64,000 nucleotides of DNA from Azolla caroliniana (Eukaryota > Plantae > Polypodiophyta). Numbering within the stretch: position 1 is the first letter of the stretch; every line of letters starts with the position of its first letter. The notes below the pieces were generated by a model. It ran no database searches, was not told the origin of the DNA, and saw nothing but the letters and a program-made list of their open reading frames with translations. Made by a program: the position numbers and the translations under genes. The stretch is taken from NCBI GenBank assembly GCA_043228905.1, contig JBHGNT010000143.1:1-64000 (forward strand). Reading direction: 5' to 3'. Shown piece by piece: positions 39,695 through 52,386 of the stretch.

Positions 39695-42600
39695 AACATT
39701 TTAATTTACCTACTAGCTCTTCTCAACTCCCTCCTCAAGTTTGCTATTTTCGTCATGTCTCTCGACCTGAGTTTCAAAATCTTGATTTTTTAATTCCATA
39801 TCATAGCTAGCGTTGTTTGCTTCGATTGGCATGATTGAACACAAAAATCCGATATCACACGAGCCCGGTATGAACATTTTAATTTACCTACTAGCTCTTC
39901 TCAACTCCCTCCTCAAGTTTGCTATTTTCGTCATGTCTCTCGACCTGAGTTTCAAAATCTTGATTTTTTAATTCCATATCATAGGTAGCGTTGTTAGCTT
40001 CGATTCGCATGTTTGAACACAAAAATCTGATATCACACGAGCTAGGTATGAACATTTTTATTTACCTACTAGCTCTTCTCAACTCAGTCCTCAAGTTTGC
40101 TATTTTCGTCATGTCTCTCGATCTGAGTTTCAAAATCTTGATTTTTTAATTCCATATCATAGCTAGCGTTGCTAGCTTCGATTTGCATGATTGAACACAA
40201 ACATCCGATATCACACGAGCCCGGTATGAACATTTTAATTTACCTACTAGCTCTTCTCAACTCCCTCCTCAGGTTTGCTATTTTCGTCATGTCTCTCGAC
40301 CTGAGTTTCAAAATCTTGTTTTTTTAATTCCATATCATAGGTAGCGTTGTTAGCTTCGATTTGCATGATTGAACACAGAAATCCGATATCACACGAGCCA
40401 GGTATGAACATTTTAATTTACCTACTAGCTCTTCTCAACTCCCTCCTCAAGTTTGCTATTTTCGTCATGTCTCTCGACCTGAGTTTCAAAATCTTGATTT
40501 TTTAATTCCATATCATAGCTAGCGTTGCTAGCTTCGATTTGCATGGTTGAACACAAAAATCCGATATCACACGAGCCAGGTATGAACATTTTAATTTACC
40601 TACTAGCTCTTCTCAACTCCCTCCTCAAGTTTGCTATTTTCGTCATGTCTCTCGACCTGAGTTTCAAAATCCTGATTTTTTAATTCCATATCATAGCTAG
40701 CGTTGCTAGCTTCGATTTGCATGGTTGAACACAAAAATCCGATATCACACGAGCCAGGTATGAACATTTTAATTTACCTACTAGCTCTTCTCAACTCCCT
40801 CCTCAAGTTTGCTATTTTCGTCATGTCTCTCGACCTGAGTTTCAAAATCCTGATTTTTTAATTCCATATCATAGCTAGCGTTGCTAGCTTCGATTTGCAT
40901 GGTTGAACACAAAAATCCGATATCACACGAGCCAGGTATGAACATTTTAATTTACCTACTAGCTCTTCTCAACTCCCTCCTCAAGTTTGCTATTTTCGTC
41001 ATGTCTCTCGACCTGAGTTTCAAAATCTTCTTTTTTTAATTCCATATCATAGCTAGCGTTGTTTGCTTCGATTTGCATGATTGAACACAAAAATCCGATA
41101 TCACACGAGCCAGGTATGAACATTTTAATTTACCTACTAGCTCTTCTCAACTCCCTCCTCAAGTTTGCTATTTTCGTCATGTCTCTCGACCTGAGTTTCA
41201 AAATCTTGATTTTTTAATTCCATATCATAGCTAGCGTTGTTTGCTTCGATTTGCATGATTGAACACAAAAATCCGATATCACACGAGCCAGGTATGAACA
41301 TTTTCATTTACCTACTAGCTCTTCTCAACTCCCTCCTCAAGTTTGCTATTTTCCTCATGTCTCTCGACCTGAGTTTCAAAATCTTGATTTTTTAATTCCA
41401 TATCATAGCTAGCGTTGCTAGCTTCGATTTGCATGATTGAACACAAAAATCCGATATCACACGAGCCAGGTATGAACATTTTAATTTACCTACTAGCTCT
41501 TCTCAACTCCCTCCTCAAGTTTGCTATTTTCGTCATGTCTCTCGACCTGAGTTTCAAAATCTTGATTTTTTAATTCCATATCATAGCTAGCGTTGTTTGC
41601 TTCGATTGGCATGATTGAACACAAAAATCCGATATCACACGAGCCCGGTATGAACATTTTAATTTACCTACTAGCTCTTCTCAACTACCTCCTCAAGTTT
41701 GCTATTTTCGTCATGTCTCTCGACCTGAGTTTCAAAATCTTGATTTTTTAATTCCATATCATAGGTAGTGTCGCCAGCTTCGAATCGCATGTTTGAACAC
41801 AAGAATCCGATATCACACGAGCCAGGTATGAACATTTTAATTTACTCAAGGGCTCCTCTCAACTCCCTCCTCAAGTTTGCTATTTTCGTCATGTCTCTCG
41901 ACCTGAGTTTCAAAATCTTGATTTTTTAATTCCATATCATAGCTAGCGTTGTTAGCTTAGATTCGCATGTTTTAACACAAAAATCCGATATCACACGAGC
42001 CAGGTATGAACATTTTAATTTACTCAAGGGCTCCTCTCAACTCCTTCCTCAAGTTTGCTATTTTCGTCATGTCTCTCGACCTGAGTTTCAAAATCTTGAT
42101 TTTTTAATTCCATATCATAGGTAGCGTTGTTAGCTTCGATTCGCATGTTTGAACACAGGTCGAGATGACACGAGCCAGGTATGAACATTTTAATTTACCT
42201 ACTACCTCTTCTCAACTCACTCCTCAAATTTGGTAATTTCGTCATGTCTCTCGACCTGAGTTTCAAATTCTTGATTTTTTAATTCCATATCATAGCTAGC
42301 GTTGTTAGCTTCGATTCGCATGTTTGACAACAAAACTCCGATATCACACGAGCCGCAGGTATGAACATTTTAATTTACTCAAGGGCGCCTCTCAACTCAC
42401 TCCTCAAATTTGGTAATTTCGTCATGTCTCTCGACCTGAGTTTCAAAATCTTGATTTTTTAATTCCATATCATAGGTAGCGTTGTTAGCTTCGATTCGCA
42501 TGTTTGAACACAAAAATCCGATATCACACGAGCCAGGTATGAACATTTTAATTTACCTACTAGCTCTTCTCAACTCCCTCCTCAAGTTTGCTATTTTCGT

Positions 42601-45388
42601 CATGTCTCTCGACCTGAGTTTCAAAATCTTGATTTTTTAATTCCATATCATAGCTAGCGTTGTTTGCTTCGATTGGCATGATTGAACACAAAAATCCGAT
42701 ATCACACGAGCCCGGTATGAACATTTTAATTTACCTACTAGCTCTTCTCAACTCCCTCCTCAAGTTTGCTATTTTCGTCATGTCTCTCGACCTGAGTTTC
42801 AAAATCTTGATTTTTTAATTCCATATCATAGGTAGCGTTGTTAGCTTCGATTCGCATGTTTGAACACAAAAATCTGATATCACACGAGCTAGGTATGAAC
42901 ATTTTTATTTACCTACTAGCTCTTCTCAACTCAGTCCTCAAGTTTGCTATTTTCGTCATGTCTCTCGATCTGAGTTTCAAAATCTTGATTTTTTAATTCC
43001 ATATCATAGCTAGCGTTGCTAGCTTCGATTTGCATGATTGAACACAAACATCCGATATCACACGAGCCCGGTATGAACATTTTAATTTACCTACTAGCTC
43101 TTCTCAACTCCCTCCTCAGGTTTGCTATTTTCGTCATGTCTCTCGACCTGAGTTTCAAAATCTTGTTTTTTTAATTCCATATCATAGGTAGCGTTGTTAG
43201 CTTCGATTTGCATGATTGAACACAGAAATCCGATATCACACGAGCCAGGTATGAACATTTTAATTTACCTACTAGCTCTTCTCAACTCCCTCCTCAAGTT
43301 TGCTATTTTCGTCATGTCTCTCGACCTGAGTTTCAAAATCTTGATTTTTTAATTCCATATCATAGCTAGCGTTGCTAGCTTCGATTTGCATGGTTGAACA
43401 CAAAAATCCGATATCACACGAGCCAGGTATGAACATTTTAATTTACCTACTAGCTCTTCTCAACTCCCTCCTCAAGTTTGCTATTTTCGTCATGTCTCTC
43501 GACCTGAGTTTCAAAATCCTGATTTTTTAATTCCATATCATAGCTAGCGTTGCTAGCTTCGATTTGCATGGTTGAACACAAAAATCCGATATCACACGAG
43601 CCAGGTATGAACATTTTAATTTACCTACTAGCTCTTCTCAACTCCCTCCTCAAGTTTGCTATTTTCGTCATGTCTCTCGACCTGAGTTTCAAAATCCTGA
43701 TTTTTTAATTCCATATCATAGCTAGCGTTGCTAGCTTCGATTTGCATGGTTGAACACAAAAATCCGATATCACACGAGCCAGGTATGAACATTTTAATTT
43801 ACCTACTAGCTCTTCTCAACTCCCTCCTCAAGTTTGCTATTTTCGTCATGTCTCTCGACCTGAGTTTCAAAATCTTCTTTTTTTAATTCCATATCATAGC
43901 TAGCGTTGTTTGCTTCGATTTGCATGATTGAACACAAAAATCCGATATCACACGAGCCAGGTATGAACATTTTAATTTACCTACTAGCTCTTCTCAACTC
44001 CCTCCTCAAGTTTGCTATTTTCGTCATGTCTCTCGACCTGAGTTTCAAAATCTTGATTTTTTAATTCCATATCATAGCTAGCGTTGTTTGCTTCGATTTG
44101 CATGATTGAACACAAAAATCCGATATCACACGAGCCAGGTATGAACATTTTCATTTACCTACTAGCTCTTCTCAACTCCCTCCTCAAGTTTGCTATTTTC
44201 CTCATGTCTCTCGACCTGAGTTTCAAAATCTTGATTTTTTAATTCCATATCATAGCTAGCGTTGCTAGCTTCGATTTGCATGATTGAACACAAAAATCCG
44301 ATATCACACGAGCCAGGTATGAACATTTTAATTTACCTACTAGCTCTTCTCAACTCCCTCCTCAAGTTTGCTATTTTCGTCATGTCTCTCGACCTGAGTT
44401 TCAAAATCTTGATTTTTTAATTCCATATCATAGCTAGCGTTGTTTGCTTCGATTGGCATGATTGAACACAAAAATCCGATATCACACGAGCCCGGTATGA
44501 ACATTTTAATTTACCTACTAGCTCTTCTCAACTACCTCCTCAAGTTTGCTATTTTCGTCATGTCTCTCGACCTGAGTTTCAAAATCTTGATTTTTTAATT
44601 CCATATCATAGGTAGTGTCGCCAGCTTCGAATCGCATGTTTGAACACAAGAATCCGATATCACACGAGCCAGGTATGAACATTTTAATTTACTCAAGGGC
44701 TCCTCTCAACTCCCTCCTCAAGTTTGCTATTTTCGTCATGTCTCTCGACCTGAGTTTCAAAATCTTGATTTTTTAATTCCATATCATAGCTAGCGTTGTT
44801 AGCTTAGATTCGCATGTTTTAACACAAAAATCCGATATCACACGAGCCAGGTATGAACATTTTAATTTACTCAAGGGCTCCTCTCAACTCCTTCCTCAAG
44901 TTTGCTATTTTCGTCATGTCTCTCGACCTGAGTTTCAAAATCTTGATTTTTTAATTCCATATCATAGGTAGCGTTGTTAGCTTCGATTCGCATGTTTGAA
45001 CACAGGTCGAGATGACACGAGCCAGGTATGAACATTTTAATTTACCTACTACCTCTTCTCAACTCACTCCTCAAATTTGGTAATTTCGTCATGTCTCTCG
45101 ACCTGAGTTTCAAATTCTTGATTTTTTAATTCCATATCATAGCTAGCGTTGTTAGCTTCGATTCGCATGTTTGACAACAAAACTCCGATATCACACGAGC
45201 CGCAGGTATGAACATTTTAATTTACTCAAGGGCGCCTCTCAACTCACTCCTCAAATTTGGTAATTTCGTCATGTCTCTCGACCTGAGTTTCAAAATCTTG
45301 ATTTTTTAATTCCATATCATAGGTAGCGTTGTTAGCTTCGATTCGCATGTTTGAACACAAAAATCCGATATCACACGAGCCAGGTATG
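39695..45388. repeat. 16-monomer (2847 bp = 16x178-1) tandem duplication, 2 copies, spanning the domain transition
   Basis: CAGGTCGAGA at 42156 and 45003, the +2 insertion at 42355 and 45202, and the CTTAGA and AAACATCC markers are all offset by 2847. Confidence 0.93.
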
Positions 45389-48300
45389 AACATTTTAATT
45401 TACTCAAGGGCTCTTCTCAACTCCCTCCTCAAGTTTGCTATTGTGGTCATGTCTCTGGACTTGACTTTAAAAAACTTCATTTTTTAATTCCATATCATAG
45501 GTAGCGTTGTTAGCTTCGATTCGCATGTTTGAACACAAAAATCTGATATCACACGAGCCCGATATGAACATTTTAATTTACTCAAGGGCTCCTCCCAAAT
45601 CACTCCTCAAATTTGGTAATTTCGTCACATCTCTCGACCTGAGTTTCAAAATCTTGATTTTTTAATTCCATATCATAGCTAGCGTTGCTAGCTTCGATTT
45701 GCATGTTTGAACACAAAAATCCGATATCACACGGGCCAGGTATGAACATTTTAATTTACCCAAGGGCTCCTCTCAACTCCCTCCTCAAGTTTGCTATTTT
45801 CGTCATGTCTCTCGACCTGAGTTTCAAAATCTTGATTTTTTAATTCCATATCATAGGAAGCGTTGTTAGCTTCAATTTGCATGTTTGAACACAAAAATCC
45901 GATATCACACGAGCCAGGTATGAACATTTTAATTTACTCAAGGGCTCTTCTCAACTCCCTCCTCAAGTTTGCTATTTTCATCATGTCTCTCGACCTGAGT
46001 TTCAAAATCTTGATTTTTTAATTCCATATCATAGGTAGCGTTGTTAGCTTCGATTGGCATGTTTGAACACAAAAATCCGATATCACACGAGCCAGGTATG
46101 AACATTTTAATTTACTCAAGGGCTCTTCTCAACTCCCTCCTCAAGTTTGCTATTTTCATCATGTCTCTCGACCTGAGTTTCAAAATCTTGATTTTTTAAT
46201 TCCATATCATAGGTAGCATTGTTAGCTTCGATTTGCATGTTTGAACACAAAAATCCGATATCACACGAGCCCGATATGAACATTTTAATTTACTCAAGGG
46301 CTCCTCTCAACTCCCTCCTCAAGTTTGCTATTTTCGTCATGTCTCTCGACCTGAGTTTCAAAATCTTGATTTTTTTATTCCATATCATAGGTAGCGTTGT
46401 TAGCTTTGATTCGCATGTTTGAACACAAATATCCGATATGACACGAGCCAGGTATGAACATTTTAATTTACCTACTACCTCTTCTCAACTCACTCCTCAA
46501 ATTTGGTAATTTCGTCATGTCTCTCGACCTGAGTTTCAAATTCTTGATTTTTTAATTCCATATCATAGCTAGCGTTGTTAGCTTCGATTCGCATGTTTGA
46601 CAACAAAACTCCGATATCACACGAGCCGCAGGTATGAACATTTTAATTTACTCAAGGGCGCCTCTCAACTCACTCCTCAAATTTGGTAATTTCGTCATGT
46701 CTCTCGACATGAGTTTCAAAATGTTGATTTTTTAATTCCATATCATAGCTAGCGTTGTTAGCTTCGATTCCCATGTTTGAACACAAAAATCGGATATCAC
46801 ACGAGCCAGGTATGAACATTTTAATTGACCTACTAGCTCTTCTCAACTCCTTCCTCAAGTTTGCTATTTTCGTCATGTCTCTCGACATGAGTTTCAAAAT
46901 GTTGATTTTTTAATTCCATATCATAGCTAGCGTTGTTAGCTTCGATTCCCATGTTCGAACACAAAAATCGGATATCACACGAGCCAGCTATGAACATTTT
47001 AATTGACCTACTAGCTCTTCTCAACTCCTTCCTCAAGTTTGCTATTTTCGTCATGTCTCTCGACCTGAGTTTCAAAATCTTGATTTTTTAATTCCATATC
47101 ATAGGTAGCGTTGTTAGCTTCGATTCGCATGTTTGAACACAAAAATCCGATATGACACGAGCCAGGTATGAACATTTTAATTTACCTACTACCTCTTCTC
47201 AACTCACTCCTCAAATTTGGTAATTTCGTCATGTCTCTCGACCTGAGTTTAAAAATCTTGTTTTTTTAATTCCATATCATAGGTAGCGTTGTTAGCTTCG
47301 ATTTGCATGTTTGAACACAAAAATCCGATATCACACGAGCCCGATATGAACATTTTAATTTACTCAAGGGCTCCTCTCAAATCACTCCTCAAATTTGGTA
47401 ATTTCGTCACATCTCTCGACATGAGTTTCAAAATGTTGATTTTTTAATTCCATATCATAGCTAGCGTTGTTAGCTTCGATTCCCATGTTTGAACACAAAA
47501 ATCGGATATCACACGAGCCAGCTATGAACAGTTTAATTGACCTACTAGCTCTTCTCAACTCCTTCCTCAAGTTTGCTATTTTCGTCATGTCTCTCGAGCT
47601 GAGTTTCAAAATCTTGATTTTTTAATTCCATATCATAGGTAGCGTTGTTAGCTTCGATTTGCATGTTTGAACACAAAAAGCCGATATCACACGAGCCAGG
47701 TATGAACATTTTAATTTACCTACTACCTCTTCTCAACTCACTCCTCAAATTTGGTAATTTCGTCATGTCTCTCGACCTGAGTTTCAAAATCTTGATTTTT
47801 TAATTCCATCTCATATCTAGCGTTGTTAGCTTCGATTTGCATGTTTGAACACAAAAATCCGATATCACAAGAGCCAGGTATGAACATTTTAATTTACTCA
47901 AGGGCTCCTCTCAACTCCCTCCTCAAGTTTGCTATTTTCGTCATGTCTCCTGACCTGAGTTTCAAAATCTTGATTTTTTAATTCCATATCATAGGTAGCG
48001 TTGTTAGCTTCGATTCGCATGTTTGAACACAAAAATCCGATATGACACGAGCCAGGTATGAACATTTTAATTTACTCAAGGGCTCCTCTCAACTCCTTCC
48101 TCAAGTTTGCTATTTTCGTCATGTCTCTCGACCTGAGTTTCAAAATCTTGATTTTTTAATTCCATATCATAGGTAGCGTTGTTAGCTTCGATTCGCATGT
48201 TTGAACACAAAAATCCGATATCACACGAGCCCGATATGAACATTTTAATTTACTCAAGGGCTCCTCTCAAATCACTCCTCAAATTTGGTAATTTCGTCAC

Positions 48301-49306
48301 ATCTCTCGACCTGAGTTTCAAAATCTTGATTTTTTAATTCCATCTTATAGCTAGCGTTGTTAGCTTCGATTTGCATGTTTGAACACAAAAATCCGATATC
48401 ACAGGAGCCAGGTATGAACATTTTAATTTACTCAAGGGCTCCTCTCAACTCACTCCTCAAATTAGGTAATTTCGTCATGTCTCTGGACTTGAGTTTTAAA
48501 ATCTTGATTTTTTAATTCCATCTCATAGCTAGCGTTGTTAGCTTCGATTTGCATGTTTGAACACAAAAATCCGATATCACACGAGCCCGATATGAACATT
48601 TTAATTTACTCAACGGCTCCTCTCAAATCACTCCTCAAATTTGGTAATTTCGTCATGTCTCTCGACCAGAGTTTCAAATTCTTGATTTTTTAATTCCATA
48701 TCATAGGTAGCGTTGTTAGCTTCGATTCGCATGTTTGACAACAAAAATCCGATATCACACGAGCCAGGTATGAACATTTTAATTTACTCAAGGGCTCCTC
48801 TCAACTCCTTCCGCAAGTTTGCTATTTTCGTCATGTCTCTCGACCTGAGTTTCAAAATCTTGATTTTTTAATTCCATATCATAGGTAGCGTTGTTAGCTT
48901 CGATTCGCATGTTTGAACACAAAAATCCGATATCACACGAGCTAGGTATGAACATTTTAATTTACTCAAGGGCTCCTCTCAACTCCGTCCTCAAGTTTGC
49001 TATTTTCGTCATGTCTCTCGACCTGAGTTTCAAAATCTTGATTTTTTAATTCCATATCATAGGTAGCGTTGTTAGCTTCGATTCGCATGTTTGAACACAA
49101 AAATCCGATATCACACGAGCCCGATATGAACATTTTAATTTACTCAAGGGATCCTCTCAAATCACTCCTCAAATTTGGTAATTTCGTCACATCTCTCGAC
49201 ATGAGTTTCAAAATGTTGATTTTTTAATTCCATATCATAGCTAGCGTTGTTAGCTTCGATTCCCATGTTTGAACACAAAAATCGGATATCACACGAGCCA
49301 GGTATG

Positions 49307-49422
49307 AACATTTTAATTGACCTACTAGCTCTTCTCAACTCCTTCCTCAAGTTTGCTATTTTCGTCATGTCTCTCGACCCATGTTTGAACACAAAAATCC
49401 GATATCACACGAGCCAGGTATG
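49307..49422. repeat. Truncated 116-bp monomer (62-bp internal deletion), copy 1
   Basis: CTCTCGACC is joined directly to CATGTTTGAAC at 49379/49380, so monomer positions 74-135 are missing. Confidence 0.95.
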
Positions 49423-50667
49423 AACATTTTAATTTACTCAAGGGCTCTTCTCAACTGCCTCCTCAAGTTTGCTATTTTCATCATGTCTCTCGACCTGAGT
49501 TTCAAAATCTTGATTTTTTAATTCCATCTCATAGCTAGCGTTGTTAGCTTCGATTTGCATGTTTGAACACAAAAATCCATATCACACGAGCCAGGTATGA
49601 ACATTTTAATTTACTCAAGGGCTCCTCTCAACTCCCTCCTCAAGTTTGCTATTTTCGTCATGTCTCTCGACCTGAGTTTCAAAATCTTGATTTTTTAATT
49701 CCATATCATAGGTAGCGTTGTTAGCTTCGATTCGCATGTTTGAACACAAAAATCCGATATCACACGAGCCCGATATGAACATTTTAATTTACTCAAGGGC
49801 TCCTCTCAAATCACTCCTCAAATTTGGTAATTTCGTCACATCTCTCGACATGAGTTTCAAAATGTTGATTTTTTAATTCCATATCATAGCTAGCGTTGTT
49901 AGCTTCGATTCCCATGTTTGAACACAAAAATCGGATATGACACGAGGCAGGTATGAACATTTTAATTGACCTACTAGCTCTTCTCAACTCCTTCCTCAAG
50001 TTTGCTATTTTCGTCATGTCTCTCGAGCTGAGTTTCAAAATCTTGATTTTTTAATTCCATATCATAGGTAGCGTTGTTAGCTTCGATTTGCATGTTTGAA
50101 CACAAAAATCCGATATCACACGAGCCAGGTATGAACATTTTAATTTACCTACTACCTCTTCTCAACTCACTCCTCAAATTTGGTAATTTCGTCATGTCTC
50201 TCGACCTGAGTTTCAAAATCTTGATTTTTTAATTCCATCTCATAGCTAGCGTTGTTAGCTTCGATTCGCATGTTTGAACACAAAAATCCGATATCACACG
50301 AGCTAGGTATGAACATTTTAATTTACTCAAGGGCTCCTCTCAACTCCCTCCTCAAGTTTGCTATTTTCGTCATGTCTCTCGACCTGAGTTTGAAAATCTT
50401 GATTTTTTAATTCCATATCATAGGTAGCGTTGTTAGCTTCGATTCGCATGTTTGAACACAAAAATCCGATATCACACGAGCCCGATATGAACATTTTAAT
50501 TTACTCAAGGGATCCTCTCAAATCACTCCTCAAATTTGGTAATTTCGTCACATCTCTCGACATGAGTTTCAAAATCTTGATTTTTTTATTCCATATCATA
50601 GCTAGCGTTGTTAGCTTCGATTCCCATGTTTGAACACAAAAATCGGATATCACACGAGCCAGTTATG

Positions 50668-50783
50668 AACATTTTAATTGACCTACTAGCTCTTCTCAAC
50701 TCCTTCCTCAAGTTTGCTATTTTCGTCATGTCTCTCGACCCATGTTTGAACACAAAAATCCGATATCACACGAGCCAGGTATG
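50668..50783. repeat. Truncated 116-bp monomer (same 62-bp deletion), copy 2
   Basis: The same junction occurs at 50740/50741, 1361 bp (8x178-63) after the first. Confidence 0.95.
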
Positions 50784-52386
50784 AACATTTTAATTTACTC
50801 AAGGGCTCTTCTCAACTGCCTCCTCAAGTTTGCTATTTTCATCATGTCTCTCGACCTGAGTTTCAAAATCTTGATTTTTTAATTCCATATCATAGGTAGC
50901 GTTGTTAGCTTCGATTTGCATGTTTGAACACAAAAATCCATATCACACGAGCCAGGTATGAACATTTTAATTTACTCAAGGGCTCCTCTCAACTCCCTCC
51001 TCAAGTTTGCTATTTTCGTCATGTCTCTCGACCTGAGTTTCAAAATCTTGATTTTTTAATTCCATATCATAGGTAGCGTTGTTAGCTTCGATTCGCATGT
51101 TTGAACACAAAAATCCGATATCACACGAGCCCGATATGAACATTTTAATTTACTCAAGGGCTCCTCTCAAATCACTCCTCAAATTTGGTAATTTCGTCAC
51201 ATCTCTCGACCTGAGTTTCAAAATCTTGATTTTTTAATTCCATCTTATAGCTAGCGTTGTTAGCTTCGATTTGCATGTTTGAACACAAAAATCCGATATC
51301 ACAGGAGCCAGGTATGAACATTTTAATTTACTCAAGGGCTCCTCTCAACTCCCTCCTCAAGTTTGCTATTTTCGTCATGTCTCCTGACCTGAGTTGCAAA
51401 ATCTTGATTTTTTTATTCCATATCATAGGTAGCGTTGTTAGCTTTGATTCGCATGTTTGAACACAAATATCCGATATGACACGAGCCAGGTATGAACATT
51501 TTAATTTACCTACTACCTCTTCTCAACTCACTCCTCAAATTTGGTAATTTCGTCATGTCTCTCGACCTGAGTTTCAAATTCTTGATTTTTTAATTCCATA
51601 TCATAGCTAGCGTTGTTAGCTTCGATTCGCATGTTTGACAACAAAACTCCGATATCACACGAGCCGCAGGTATGAACATTTTAATTTACTCAAGGGCGCC
51701 TCTCAACTCACTCCTCAAATTTGGTAATTTCGTCATGTCTCTCGACATGAGTTTCAAAATGTTGATTTTTTAATTCCATATCATAGGTAGCGTTGTTAGC
51801 TTCGATTCGCATGTTTGAACACAAAAATCCGATATCACACGAGCTAGGTATGAACATTTTAATTTACTCAAGGGCTCCTCTCAACTCCGTCCTCAAGTTT
51901 GCTATTTTCGTCATGTCTCTCGACCTGAGTTTCAAAATCTTGATTTTTTAATTCCATATCATAGGTAGCGTTGTTAGCTTCGATTCGCATGTTTGAACAC
52001 AAAAATCCGATATCACACGAGCCCGATATGAACATTTTAATTTACTCAAGGGATCCTCTCAAATCACTCCTCAAATTTGGTAATTTCGTCACATCTCTCG
52101 ACATGAGTTTCAAAATGTTGATTTTTTAATTCCATATCATAGCTAGCGTTATTAGCTTCGATTCCCATGTTTGAACACAAAAATCGGATATGACACGAGG
52201 CAGGTATGAACATTTTAATTGACCTACTAGCTCTTCTCAACTCCTTCCTCAAGTTTGCTATTTTCGTCATGTCTCTCGAGCTGAGTTTCAAAATCTTGAT
52301 TTTTTAATTCCATATCATAGGTAGCGTTGTTAGCTTCGATTTGCATGTTTGAACACAAAAATCCGATATCACACGAGCCAGGTATG

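Larger units (their letters stand above)
1..45388. repeat. Left satellite domain: highly homogeneous, B-head (TTTACCTACTAGCTCTT) dominated, long HORs
   Basis: Typical alleles are GCATGATT/GCATGGTT, AGCTAGC, GTTTGC/GCTAGC and AATCCTG. There are 36 consecutive B-head monomers at 23853-30260. Monomers 1-236 are all exactly 178 bp. Confidence 0.9.

Noticed and set aside
46789-46795. ATCGGAT as a micro-inversion of ATCCGAT
   Set aside because: It is formally the reverse complement, but it cannot be distinguished from a single C-to-G substitution.
30201-51460. Plus-strand 67-aa ORFs (MLASI...)
   Set aside because: They start at TTG within satellite and exist only where a TAA-removing variant (TTTTTAAT to TTTTTATT) occurs. 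They barely exceed one monomer, and 178 is not a multiple of 3. No protein family is recognisable.
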